Origin: Planctomycetota bacterium
GTDB taxonomy: Bacteria; Planctomycetota; GCA-002687715; DRQF01
Length of the DNA: 47,532 nucleotides
Direction: 5' to 3'
Assembly: GCA_036479435.1 (NCBI GenBank)
Contig: JAZGFI010000224.1
Location: 1 to 47,532 of the forward strand
The stretch's first letter is position 1; each line of letters begins with the position of its first letter. This document shows, piece after piece, positions 17,737 through 27,625 of this stretch. The translations under genes were made by a program, and so were the position numbers. The notes beneath the pieces were generated by a model. It saw only the letters and a list, made by a program, of their open reading frames with translations, ran no database searches and was not told the origin of the DNA.

Positions 17737-19245
17737 ATGATGACCTTACGACTCTACTGGCCCTTGGTGGCCCTTATGCTCGCCCTGACGGCGCAAGCAT
17801 CTTTTGCTCAGTTCGACGAAGATAGTCCGATTAACCTTCCCGACCTTAGGGAATCGGACCTCGTCATCCATGAGATCGAATATCCAAAGACCCTGCCTAC
17901 CAAAGAGGTCGCCCAAGTCGACGGACATGTGCTCACGCAGGCCGACTTATTGAAGCAGCTCTTGGAAACCAACGTCAGCATCATCGCGAACACTTTGCTG
18001 ATGACGAAGATGGCTGACCTCGAACTCGAGCGCAATAAGATCGACATTTCCGACGAGGAAATCAAAGAAGAACTCGGCGACATGATGAATCGAATGTCGC
18101 CCGGGCAGTCAGCCGACGACCTCATCAAAAGTGGCGCCTACAGCCGCTCCTATCTCAATCGTGTCGCGAGAATGCAGAGAGCCTGGAATAAGCTCTACTG
18201 GAAACTCAAAAACATCCCCGATGACAAGCGCGACGAGCAAACGAACCAACTGCTGAAGCAGATCTTCATCAACGAAGTTCGCGCTCGCTACCAGTTGGCT
18301 TTGCGGGGTCGTAGCCCGGCGCCGCCCAAAGGCGCCATCGCCAGCTTGAATACCATCGTCAAAGGCAAGCGCGTTTCCTACGTGATCTCCGCCGAAGAGG
18401 CGATCGAGTTCTTGGTGGGACTTTTGCGTCCGGCTACGATCATCGATTCACAACGCAAACTCATCGATGACTACATCGTGCGACGCGAAATGGACAATAA
18501 CGGCGTCACCGTCCCGGAAGCTGAGATCGAATCTTGGGTACAGGCCATGATGGAGAAGTACCCGCCGCCGTTTACTTGGGAGACGATCCTTAAGATCAAG
18601 GGCACGAGCCCCGACGCTGAGCGCATCCGTTGGCGCAACGTCCAAGCCTGGAAACGCGCCACGCGCCATCAAATAAAAAATGAAGAGCTCGATGCCTTCC
18701 GTCAAGAGCACGAGGACTTCTTCCGTTCCAGGCACGTCAAAGTCGCTCACATCTTGGTGAAAACCACCGACACCTTGACCGGCCTACCGCTATCCGAAGA
18801 AGAGCAAGAACGCGGGCGCTTGAAGGCCGAACGGATCTACACCTTAGCTCACGAAGGCGTCGAGTTCGACAAGCTGGCCAAGCTCTACTCCGATGATGCG
18901 GCGACCGCCAATGGTGGCGGCGCGCTTCAGCAGCCCATCAAAAAATGGGGCGGCGGCTACGCGAAGGCCTTCCAGGACGTCGCCTATGGGCTTAAGAAAG
19001 ATGAATTGTCGAAGCCGGTCAAGACTCAATTCGGCTACCACATCATCTTGTGCAAAGAGCTAAGCCCGCCCACCGCCCGCCGTATCAACTGGAACGAAGC
19101 GCGCTACTCGGAATGGGTGCTCGAGGAGTACGAAACTGTCCGCGCCGACAAATGGCTAACAGGGCTGCGTGAAAAATCCAAAATCACGAGCGTCTCGGAT
19201 CAGGCACTGCTGCAGCTAAAGCAGGAGGCCTTCCCCGACAAGTAG
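17737..19245 (+). CDS. SurA/PrsA-like parvulin (PpiC-type) peptidyl-prolyl isomerase
   Basis: Signal peptide (ASFA-Q). VAHILVK, FDKLAKLYSDD, GGAL and LSKPVKTQFGYHII motifs. GGGAG RBS before ATG 17737. Confidence 0.88.
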   Translation: MMTLRLYWPLVALMLALTAQASFAQFDEDSPINLPDLRESDLVIHEIEYPKTLPTKEVAQVDGHVLTQADLLKQLLETNVSIIANTLLMTKMADLELERNKIDISDEEIKEELGDMMNRMSPGQSADDLIKSGAYSRSYLNRVARMQRAWNKLYWKLKNIPDDKRDEQTNQLLKQIFINEVRARYQLALRGRSPAPPKGAIASLNTIVKGKRVSYVISAEEAIEFLVGLLRPATIIDSQRKLIDDYIVRREMDNNGVTVPEAEIESWVQAMMEKYPPPFTWETILKIKGTSPDAERIRWRNVQAWKRATRHQIKNEELDAFRQEHEDFFRSRHVKVAHILVKTTDTLTGLPLSEEEQERGRLKAERIYTLAHEGVEFDKLAKLYSDDAATANGGGALQQPIKKWGGGYAKAFQDVAYGLKKDELSKPVKTQFGYHIILCKELSPPTARRINWNEARYSEWVLEEYETVRADKWLTGLREKSKITSVSDQALLQLKQEAFPDK

Positions 19246-19253
19246 GGACCTAA

Positions 19254-19385
19254 GGGCTCAGTCAAGAATAACTTCACATTCTCGCCGCTCAGCTTCACGC
19301 CATCTTCGGTCCGTGCTCAATCGCCCGAATCGAATTTGACGCAAATCTGAGTGCGAACTCTGCGAACTTATTCTTGACCGAGCCC
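19254..19385. mobile_element. MITE-like non-autonomous element, 132 bp
   Basis: 25-bp terminal inverted repeats at 19254-19278 and 19361-19385 (22/25 match), flanked by a TAA direct repeat at 19251-19253 and 19386-19388. Confidence 0.75.
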
Positions 19386-19424
19386 TAAGAGCGGGCCAAA
19401 AAAGACTGGCTTGATCAAAACAGG

Positions 19425-19463
19425 AGCGGCGCAATCCCTCGAGGATAGAGCGCCGCTTTTTTT
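19425..19463 (+). terminator. Intrinsic terminator downstream of the parvulin gene and MITE
   Basis: agcggcgc...gcgccgct stem followed by a T run. Confidence 0.75.
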
Positions 19464-19568
19464 CGTCGTCAGATTGTGGGTCACTTCCGTCCTGCCGATT
19501 CGACATGTAGTTGCACGCCCGTTGCCGCCGGCGCGATGAGTATTCCTGAACTACTGGAGTCAATCTAA

Positions 19569-20828
19569 ATGAGAATTTCATACGGCAGCATCACCGCATT
19601 GATGCTGGTTCTTTTTGTGTCCAACCTCGACGCCCAGGGTCTCGTCCTGACGACGCGAGGCGCAGCGAACGCCAACTCGATGGCCTTGGAAGGCAACGAT
19701 CTGTTGTTTTGGAACCCGACAGTCCAGGCGCCTCTCGTGCCCTGGTACGGTCGCCGCAGCCTCGACGTTATCTCCGGCGACCGCAACTCAGACGGTATCT
19801 ACAACGATGCCCCTGCGGTGGTGGATGCTCTGAGCGCATTCGCCGTCAGCCCGAGCGGAGAGGCTATCGGCAGTCTTTTGAGTTTCGCCGCCAATTTCAC
19901 CAGTCTTGATGGCACCAGCATCAAAGACGGCGACATCGTTAGTTTTCAAGGAGGCGGCGTCGTCAATGTTGTCTACCCAGAGACTTTCTTTGCGCAGATC
20001 ACCTCAACGACAAGCATCGACGTCGACGCTTTTCATCTCGCTGCAAACGGAGACTTGTATTTCTCTTTCGCCCAAGACGAAGCCACGAGCGATCCCGTCC
20101 TGATCAGCCAAAACAACGGAGAGCCCTCTTTGGACGAAACGACAGTTTTTCGCCTCAACGCCAGTGGAGTGCTTGAGATCTTTTTCGATCGCAGTGCCAT
20201 CTTGGCCTTCGTCAACCAAGCCATCGGCGCATCGCTCACCACGGTGGTCGACCTCACGGCTTTTACCGCAGATCCCGAGCACCCGGGCGAGTTTTGGTTT
20301 GCCCTCGGCTCTTCCAACAACAGCATCGAAGGCAGCGTCTTCAGCACTTTCATGGGCGGCACCTTGGCCCAGTTCGGAGGCGTTGATTTAGCGTCGGCGA
20401 GTTTCGGATTTGACGACCTCGAGATTCTGGAGGGTCTCGCCTGGATCGGTGATGCCAGGCCGCCGCTTGCGCTCCTCCACCCCGAAGACCAAAGCGCACC
20501 AGTCGGGATGGCGACTTTCCAGGTCCGCGGAGCGCTGCCCTTTTCAACGGTCCAGATGGCGCTCTCCCTAAGTCAGTTTCCATCTGAACCGGTCGAGTTC
20601 TTCACCGAATTCCCCGGCCGTGGCTACGTCCACCTGGACATTCACCAGATCCTTTTGCAGTCGAGTTTGACAGACCCAGCCTTTGCGCTGATGACCAATG
20701 GGGTTGGAGACGGCCAAAAGACTTTCTCCTTGTCGGGCGTACCTGTTGGCTTGCACCTCACATTCCAGGCTTTTGACACTGCCTCCTTCGAGCTGGCTCC
20801 TCCAATCGCGGTGGTGACTAGCCCCTAA
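19569..20828 (+). CDS. Secreted hypothetical protein, probable beta-propeller plus C-terminal beta domain
   Basis: Signal peptide ending LDA-Q. Repeated VDAL/DVDAF/VDLTAF-x-LYFSF motifs. GGAG RBS. Confidence 0.78.
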   Translation: MRISYGSITALMLVLFVSNLDAQGLVLTTRGAANANSMALEGNDLLFWNPTVQAPLVPWYGRRSLDVISGDRNSDGIYNDAPAVVDALSAFAVSPSGEAIGSLLSFAANFTSLDGTSIKDGDIVSFQGGGVVNVVYPETFFAQITSTTSIDVDAFHLAANGDLYFSFAQDEATSDPVLISQNNGEPSLDETTVFRLNASGVLEIFFDRSAILAFVNQAIGASLTTVVDLTAFTADPEHPGEFWFALGSSNNSIEGSVFSTFMGGTLAQFGGVDLASASFGFDDLEILEGLAWIGDARPPLALLHPEDQSAPVGMATFQVRGALPFSTVQMALSLSQFPSEPVEFFTEFPGRGYVHLDIHQILLQSSLTDPAFALMTNGVGDGQKTFSLSGVPVGLHLTFQAFDTASFELAPPIAVVTSP

Positions 20829-20914
20829 ATCGGCGTTCTCAGCACAGGGCGATCCCAAAGGGCAAGCTGGCTAAGGCGCGCCTGAACCAGCCAAACCGCC
20901 CAAATGCCCAAAGT

Positions 20915-20959
20915 TAAGGGTCGCGATCGATATCGGATCGCTCGCGGCCCTTATTTTTT
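20915..20959 (+). terminator. Intrinsic terminator
   Basis: taagggtcgcga...tcgcggccctta followed by T6. Confidence 0.7.
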
Positions 20960-21088
20960 CGATTTCCGAGTGAACGGAAGGTGAGTCTCGGACGTCTCAC
21001 AAACAACAGATAGCTAGCCGCAATATGATTGCCACCAGAGGCCTGGCCGTTTAGGCTACTGGCTGGAATGGGCATCAGTCGGAGTGCG

Positions 21089-23935
21089 ATGTCGGGCACA
21101 GAGAAAATACTGGCTGCATTCATCATCATCGCCGTCTTGGGCGCGGGGTCCTACCTCGTCTCCATTTTCATGGATGATGCTTCGTCAGAGTTGAAAAACA
21201 GTGGCCAAGACGTCGAACTGGACGTCGAAACTGACGACACAACCCAGGCACGCCGTAAGCGCCGCTCGCTACGCAATCCCACTGAGATTGTAGATACCGG
21301 CCCCCTGATCCCCCAAAAACCTGCCAAGATCGTCATCGCGAGCGCGAAGACGATCATCGGACGTGTCACTGCGATCGCCGAGTCCGCCGTGTTCGACGAC
21401 TCCACATTGGAATCCAAAAGTGATCCAAAACCCGACATGCCGGCGTCCGATCTCAACGCAGATCTCGCCGAGCCCGTGGTTGTCGGAGTCGAAGGCGCCA
21501 AGATTAACTGCCGGCTTTATTTTCCCGACGCCGAGCAAAACTACGGCACCGTTTCAAAGTTCAAGACCAAAGATGACTCCGGCCCCGAAGGCAATTTCTC
21601 CTTGGACGTGCCCGGTCACGGGTCTTACTTCATCACAGTTTCCCACCCGAACTACTCACCGGTCATCGTCGAAAAAGTAAAAGCCGGCGCCGAGCTCGAG
21701 ATCAAACTGACCAAGGGTGCGATGCTCGTCGGAGTCGTCACATCAAAAGGCAACGGCAAACCGGTCGCCAATGCGACCATGAAACTCTGGAAGAACGGGA
21801 CATCATGGTCGAAAACCGTCAAGAGCAACGACGAAGGCCAGTACCGTTTTGAGGGCATCTATCCCGAAACGCTCTACCTTTCGATTGATCACGATTCCTA
21901 CGTCCCCATCCTGGACGAAGAGATCATCATTGCGCTCGACGGCAAAAACGAAAAGGACATCATCCTCGACGAAGGCAAGACGATTCGAGGCACGATCAAA
22001 GACCCTCGCGAACAGTTTGTCGCCAACGCCACCATCAAGATCGGCAAAAAGAAAGGCTTCAGCAACGAGCTCGGCGAGTTTCGAGTATCGGGTCTCGCCA
22101 CCTCACAGCACTACACCGAGGTCGTCGCGGAGGGTTTTTTAACCTTCAATCAGACGGTCAACCTTTCCGGGAGCCGCGATGAAGCGGTCTTGGAAGTTGC
22201 GCTTTCCGAAGGCGGAATCATCGAAGGCGACGTCATGAGTGACACCGGCGACTTGCTCAAAGACGTCGAAATCAAGATTTTCCAGACCTGGGGTGGCAAC
22301 CACATGTGGGATACTGGAAACACCCGCTTCAGTGCCAAGACAGACGAGGATGGACACTTCAAGATTACCGGCTTCAGCAAGAGTACTTGGAATGGCTACG
22401 CCGTCCGCGCGCAGCACAAAGACTACGCGGACACCTACTCCGATCAGATCAAGATCAAAGACATTAAAAAACCGGAACGAATTCGGCTGATCATGGGCGC
22501 CGGCGGCACCATCAGCGGCCGGGTCACTAACCGTGACGAGCAAGCCATCGCGGGGGCCAAGCTCTCTTTGAATCCCAACAACGTTTACGAGTGGAACAGC
22601 AACGGCAATAGTAGCCTGCGCACGACGATCAGCGACAAAGACGGTCGCTACGAGTTTACGAGTCTGGGCCCAAAGACCTACCGCATCTCCTTGATCGCCC
22701 CCGGATATGCCTCGCAGTACAAGTCGGGATTCAAGATTCAAGGCGCCCTCATCCTCGACAAGCAAGACTTTACTCTGGAGGGCGGTGAACCCATCGTGGG
22801 TACCGTCAAGACCGAAGACGGTGAAGGCATCCCTAAGGTCAACATTTCGATCTGGTCCAAAAAGAGCTATGCGCGCGCCGTGACCGACGAGAACGGCGAG
22901 TACACGATCACGAATGTCGGTGATGGGCCCTTTACCGCAACCGCCAGCACTAAGGGCTATTCCCACGAGCGAAAAAAAGACATCTATCCCGACGAGGGCA
23001 AGATCGACTTTGAGCTGAAGACCAACGGCTACGTTTGGGGCGTCGTCACCGACAAGGCGAGCAAAAAACCGGTACGACGATATCGCGTGGAGCTACAGGC
23101 TCCGGATGAAAAGCGCGGCGGCAACAACTGGCGAACCAAAGCATCGACTTGGATCAACAGCCCTGACGGCAAGTTCAAACTCTACACCAAAGACGGCAAC
23201 TACAAGATCATCGTTCGATCAAAGGGACACATCCTCTACGAAAAGCAAGGCATCAACATCAACGTCGATGCCGAACCGGAGGAAATGAAGATCATCTTAG
23301 TTCCCGGCGGCGCGGTCGAAGGCTGGGTCAAAGACGGGCAAGGCGAGCCGATGCAACAGGTCGCGATCTACGTTCGAAACATGGATAAGCCGGACGACCC
23401 GACGTTTTCGCGAAAAGGCAATACAGAGCGCGACGGCTACTTTTACCTCGACTCGCTTGAAGCCGGGTCCTACGAATTTGCGTTTTATCAGCACGGGCGC
23501 ATGCCGCTCGTCATTAAGTCCTACGTCAATGTCCAGGGTGGTGAATTACGACTCATCGACGTCGGTCTCTCCTTGCCTTCGATCGTCACGATTGTCGTTC
23601 AAGACGAAAACGAAAAACCAATACGCAGCGTTAACGCATCGATCGAGGCCTTGGGATCCAACCCGATTCTCATGAGCCATCATCGCTGGGATAAGACACG
23701 CGGCAGCCTCTACAAACCTGGCTATCGTCGCGGGCAATGGATGGGGAGCAAGGGCTACGTCACCCTCAGGGACCTTGCTCCGGGCCTTTATCGCCTGACC
23801 GTACGCCGCGGTGGCTACGAAACTTGGAGCGAGGAGTTCCTCGTGAGGTCCGGCAACAACATGGAAGTGATGGCGACCATCATCAAAAAGAAGAAGAAGA
23901 AACGGACGAAAACTCGCACCACTAGCACGCGATGA
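21089..23935 (+). CDS. Membrane-anchored protein with many carboxypeptidase-regulatory-like (transthyretin-like) repeats
   Basis: N-terminal TM segment. Repeated I.G.V....G.PI..A / TD..G.Y.F..L..G.Y units. GGAG RBS before ATG 21089. Poly-Lys tail. Confidence 0.85.
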   Translation: MSGTEKILAAFIIIAVLGAGSYLVSIFMDDASSELKNSGQDVELDVETDDTTQARRKRRSLRNPTEIVDTGPLIPQKPAKIVIASAKTIIGRVTAIAESAVFDDSTLESKSDPKPDMPASDLNADLAEPVVVGVEGAKINCRLYFPDAEQNYGTVSKFKTKDDSGPEGNFSLDVPGHGSYFITVSHPNYSPVIVEKVKAGAELEIKLTKGAMLVGVVTSKGNGKPVANATMKLWKNGTSWSKTVKSNDEGQYRFEGIYPETLYLSIDHDSYVPILDEEIIIALDGKNEKDIILDEGKTIRGTIKDPREQFVANATIKIGKKKGFSNELGEFRVSGLATSQHYTEVVAEGFLTFNQTVNLSGSRDEAVLEVALSEGGIIEGDVMSDTGDLLKDVEIKIFQTWGGNHMWDTGNTRFSAKTDEDGHFKITGFSKSTWNGYAVRAQHKDYADTYSDQIKIKDIKKPERIRLIMGAGGTISGRVTNRDEQAIAGAKLSLNPNNVYEWNSNGNSSLRTTISDKDGRYEFTSLGPKTYRISLIAPGYASQYKSGFKIQGALILDKQDFTLEGGEPIVGTVKTEDGEGIPKVNISIWSKKSYARAVTDENGEYTITNVGDGPFTATASTKGYSHERKKDIYPDEGKIDFELKTNGYVWGVVTDKASKKPVRRYRVELQAPDEKRGGNNWRTKASTWINSPDGKFKLYTKDGNYKIIVRSKGHILYEKQGININVDAEPEEMKIILVPGGAVEGWVKDGQGEPMQQVAIYVRNMDKPDDPTFSRKGNTERDGYFYLDSLEAGSYEFAFYQHGRMPLVIKSYVNVQGGELRLIDVGLSLPSIVTIVVQDENEKPIRSVNASIEALGSNPILMSHHRWDKTRGSLYKPGYRRGQWMGSKGYVTLRDLAPGLYRLTVRRGGYETWSEEFLVRSGNNMEVMATIIKKKKKKRTKTRTTSTR

Positions 23936-24729
23936 TCATGACTCTGAGTGGTTTTGGCCGCATCTACTTGGTGGTGGGCTTGGTTCTAATCGGCCTCCTT
24001 CTTTGGATGGCATTCCGTAGCCAAGAGCTCTTTGAAAAGCACTTTGAGGTTCCCAAACGGGAATCAAGCCGAACCCACCGGCCAAAAGCGAAACCCAGCG
24101 ACCCCTTAGACGCCAAGTCTTTTGCCCTCGGTGATATTGTCTTGCGCTACGATCGCCGCTTGGAAACAAAGCCCGACTTTTTCTTGCCAGTGGTGAAGAT
24201 CAAAGGCAATGGCGTGATGGTTTCGAAGGTAGACTGGCAAGACCTCAGCTTGAACTACGAAAGCCGCCAGGTTTCTCGGCGCTACCTTGCCGCTTTACTG
24301 CCGCAGCTGAAGCTGGCGAGTTCAAAGATCACCAAGACATCCGCCGCTCTCGATTCTGAGTGGACTTTGACCATCCTCAACGAGCGCATTCTGCCTACGC
24401 CGCCAGCAATGGAGGTCGCCGGAATCCTGAAAGAGATCCTGGCGAACAACAAGGCCCGCCCTTACCGTGTCCACGCTGTTTCACTGCTAATTGTCAAGGG
24501 CCGCATCGATGCCCCCCTGACAAGCTGGCCTTTGATTCGACCAAGCTTGAAACGCGTCGTCAGCAGCAGTTTGCTGCGCGTAACGCGACCCGAGGCCTTA
24601 AAAGCGCTTCAGTCGAAGTTGCCCGCGACGGCCGTTTACGCTAGCAAGAAGTCCTGGCGCGTTCGCGGGGTCAAGAAAACCTGGCGCGTTCGCACTCAGG
24701 TTGAGATTTTCGCAGGCGAGGGCCCATGA
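23932..24729 (+). CDS. Hypothetical basic protein with N-terminal TM segment
   Basis: ATGA overlaps with both neighbours. Confidence 0.65.
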   Translation: MIMTLSGFGRIYLVVGLVLIGLLLWMAFRSQELFEKHFEVPKRESSRTHRPKAKPSDPLDAKSFALGDIVLRYDRRLETKPDFFLPVVKIKGNGVMVSKVDWQDLSLNYESRQVSRRYLAALLPQLKLASSKITKTSAALDSEWTLTILNERILPTPPAMEVAGILKEILANNKARPYRVHAVSLLIVKGRIDAPLTSWPLIRPSLKRVVSSSLLRVTRPEALKALQSKLPATAVYASKKSWRVRGVKKTWRVRTQVEIFAGEGP

Positions 24730-25145
24730 CGACTCCTTTGCAACGTTTCTTAGAGTTATCTGCGCTTTGCGGGTGCCTTTGGCTCCTGGCCACGGCTTGG
24801 AGTCTGACGCCGGATGACCGCGGTTTTGGAACGCATGAACAACTAGATCTTGCGCCCTGCGGGTTCCTTGAAACGACCGGTCACCCTTGCCCTTCTTGTG
24901 GCATGACGACCTCTTTCAGCTACATGGCCGCGGCCCGCCCGATGTCCGGGGTAAAAACGAATCCCGCGGGTGCGATCTTGTTTTTGGGGGTCTTGGTCGC
25001 GCCGTTTTGGATCTTATACGCTTGGGCGAACGGTCTGTCGACGCTTCGGTTTTTGGCGGGCAACCGCGGAGGCTGGTGGCTGCTGGGGACGATCTTGATG
25101 GTGCTCGTCAGCTGGTACTACAAAGACCTGGCGATGCCGCACTAG
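24726..25145 (+). CDS. DUF2752 family membrane protein
   Basis: GTHEQL..PC....TG.PCPSCGMTTSF...NPAG motif. Confidence 0.85.
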   Translation: MTTPLQRFLELSALCGCLWLLATAWSLTPDDRGFGTHEQLDLAPCGFLETTGHPCPSCGMTTSFSYMAAARPMSGVKTNPAGAILFLGVLVAPFWILYAWANGLSTLRFLAGNRGGWWLLGTILMVLVSWYYKDLAMPH

Positions 25146-26095
25146 TAGTCTTTGTCGAGCGAGTTGATGATTCTCAGGTAGGAGTCGTAACGAAGCGGGT
25201 CAATGTCACCGCGGTCACAGGCCGCCTTCACTTCGCACTTTATCTCGTGGTCGTGGGTGCAAGTCCGAAAGCGACAGGCGTTCAAGTGCGGGTGGAACTC
25301 GCGAAAGCAGTGGGAAATCTCGGCGGCCGTCATGTCGATAACGCCAAACTCTCGCACGCCAGGCGTGTCCACGACGTAGCCGCCGCCTTCGAGTTCCAAA
25401 AGGGAAACCCGAGTTGTCGTGTGGCGCCCTTTCCCGGTGGCATCGGAAACTTCGGCAGATTTCAAAGAAAGGTCCGGTTGGATCGCCGTCAAAAGCGCGG
25501 ACTTGCCAACGCCCGACATCCCCGCGAAGACCGAGATGCCCTCGCTGAGATCTTGGCGTAGGCCAGCGGTGCCTTCCCCGGTGACCACGCTGGTCAAGTG
25601 AACCGCGTACTCCAAGCCGCGATAAAGCTCGGCGAGTTCTTCGATCGGTTCGCGATTGGCGAGCAAATCAGCTTTGTTGAAAACGATGACCGCGCGGTAG
25701 CCGGAGCGTTCGCAGGCCACCAACATCCGATCGATAAGCCGAGGGTTAATCGGCGGTTCGGCGCAAGCCGTCACCAAAACCGCCAGATCGAGGTTGGCTG
25801 CGATAATGTGGTTGTGGCGAGTGCCGTAACGCGGGCGCGCCAAGACGTTGCGCCGCGGGAGAACCGACTCCACGACGTAGGGCAAAGTGCTGAGACGGCG
25901 CACCATGACGAGGTCTCCGACCGCGACGGGCTTGCCGTAGGTCTTCTCTTTGCGAAAGAGCAAGCCGCGTACACGGCAATCAAAAGTGTCGCTGTCAATG
26001 CGGACCCGGCAAAGCCGCGAGTCGACGCGAACGACGAGTCCTTCGCTCAGATCTTCGTCCTTGGGCTCAGCGGGCGCTCGGGGGGGTCTTGGCAT
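25142..26095 (-). CDS. rsgA: Ribosome small subunit-dependent GTPase A
   Basis: OB fold with VGD.V, NKADL, GMSGVGKS, GRHTTT, DTPG, and Zn finger CRFRTCTHDHE..C. Confidence 0.96.
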   Translation of the reverse strand: MPRPPRAPAEPKDEDLSEGLVVRVDSRLCRVRIDSDTFDCRVRGLLFRKEKTYGKPVAVGDLVMVRRLSTLPYVVESVLPRRNVLARPRYGTRHNHIIAANLDLAVLVTACAEPPINPRLIDRMLVACERSGYRAVIVFNKADLLANREPIEELAELYRGLEYAVHLTSVVTGEGTAGLRQDLSEGISVFAGMSGVGKSALLTAIQPDLSLKSAEVSDATGKGRHTTTRVSLLELEGGGYVVDTPGVREFGVIDMTAAEISHCFREFHPHLNACRFRTCTHDHEIKCEVKAACDRGDIDPLRYDSYLRIINSLDKDY

Positions 26096-26233
26096 GCTGG
26101 GAGTATGTGGACTTCGGCCCAGGGGGCAAAACGGCGAAAAATTTTGGCGCGAGTCGGGTACTTGCCGTCAAGGGAGCTGGGCAACTCTTGCTACACTGAG
26201 AAAATTCATTGTCATCACGCCACGAGAAGGTCC

Positions 26234-27475
26234 ATGCCCTTCAGTCCAATTCCAGAGATTATCGAAGACCTCAAAGCGGGCCGAATGGTCGTCCTTACCG
26301 ACGACGAGGACCGCGAAAACGAGGGTGACCTGTTGGTCCTCGCCGACTGCATCACGCCTGAGCAGATCAACTTCATGGTCAAAGAAGCCCGAGGCGTGCT
26401 TTGTTTATCCCTGAGCGCAGAAATCTGCGACCGACTTGGGCTGAAACTACAGGCTCAAGATCATCCCCACAGCCCCCTTGGCACCGCCTTCACCGAGTCG
26501 ATCGACGCCGCCGACGGCGTTACGACGGGAGTCTCGGCGACGGATCGCTGGCAGACAATCAAGGTTGCCATCGACCCCGATTCTTCGGCGATGAACCTGA
26601 CAAAACCCGGCCACATCCAGGCTCTGCGCGCGCGACGCGGTGGAGTCTTGGTACGCCCTGGCCAGACCGAAGGCAGTGTCGACCTCGCACGACTTGCGGG
26701 CTTCAGTGAGGCCGCGGTCATCATCGAAATCATGAATGAAGACGGATCGATGGCACGGCTGCCCGATCTGGAAAAATACAACGCCAAACACAGTCTGAAG
26801 ATGGGCTGCATTGCCGATCTCATCGAGTACCGTCGCCAACACGAAAAACTCGTTGAGCGCGTCGCCACCACGCGCCTGCCAACGCGTTACGGCGACTTCA
26901 CGGCGCATCTTTATCGCTCACCCTTCGATGAGTACGACCACCTCGCCTTGGTGCGGGGGATCGAGGTGCCCGCAGACGGCGCCGCGCCTCCGATCATGGA
27001 ACCGGTGCTGGGCCGCGTGCACTCCGAGTGTTTGACCGGTGACATTTTCGGCAGCTTGCGTTGCGATTGCGGCGAGCAACTCGATTCGGCCCTGAAATTC
27101 TTGTCGGGCGAGGATCGGGCTTTTTTGCTCTACATGCGCCAAGAGGGGCGCGGCATCGGCCTTGAGGGCAAACTGAAGGCCTACAGCCTCCAAGACCAAG
27201 GCCTCGACACCGTCGAAGCCAATCAGCGGCTCGGCTTTTTACCAGACCAACGCAACTACGGCACCGGGGCGCAGATCCTCTACGACCTCGGCCTAAGAAA
27301 GCTGCGCTTGCTCACCAACAACCCCGGCAAACGCGCCGGTCTCGCTGGCTACGGTCTTGAGATCACCGAACGAGTGCCCCTAGTCATCGAACCCAACGAA
27401 GAAAACCAGCGCTATCTTGAGACCAAGCGGAACAAACTCGGCCATTTGTTCGGTTCCCGCGAAGAATTGATCTGA
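26234..27475 (+). CDS. ribBA: Bifunctional DHBP synthase / GTP cyclohydrolase II
   Basis: DDEDRENEGDL, TTGVSA.DR, RVHSECLTGD, CDCGEQL, QEGRGIG and LLTNNP. Start at ATG 26234 after GAAGG. Confidence 0.96.
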   Translation: MPFSPIPEIIEDLKAGRMVVLTDDEDRENEGDLLVLADCITPEQINFMVKEARGVLCLSLSAEICDRLGLKLQAQDHPHSPLGTAFTESIDAADGVTTGVSATDRWQTIKVAIDPDSSAMNLTKPGHIQALRARRGGVLVRPGQTEGSVDLARLAGFSEAAVIIEIMNEDGSMARLPDLEKYNAKHSLKMGCIADLIEYRRQHEKLVERVATTRLPTRYGDFTAHLYRSPFDEYDHLALVRGIEVPADGAAPPIMEPVLGRVHSECLTGDIFGSLRCDCGEQLDSALKFLSGEDRAFLLYMRQEGRGIGLEGKLKAYSLQDQGLDTVEANQRLGFLPDQRNYGTGAQILYDLGLRKLRLLTNNPGKRAGLAGYGLEITERVPLVIEPNEENQRYLETKRNKLGHLFGSREELI

Positions 27476-27625
27476 TTTAAACCACTGCGTTGACATCAGT
27501 TACAGTTTTTTCGGATCAAGCGGAAGAAATGCGGCGAGGCGCCGTCGAATCTAAAGTTGGAGCAGTCACCCTGGAGGGTGGATACTTTGTCTTTAGTCCT
27601 GCGGCGAGAACGAGCGGTCAAGCGC

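Noticed and set aside
26096..26233. FMN riboswitch upstream of ribBA
   Set aside because: Short divergent intergenic region lacking the conserved RFN sequences.
25598..26233. Long N-terminal extension of RibBA in the ORF track
   Set aside because: It overlaps rsgA antisense; homology begins at ATG 26234.
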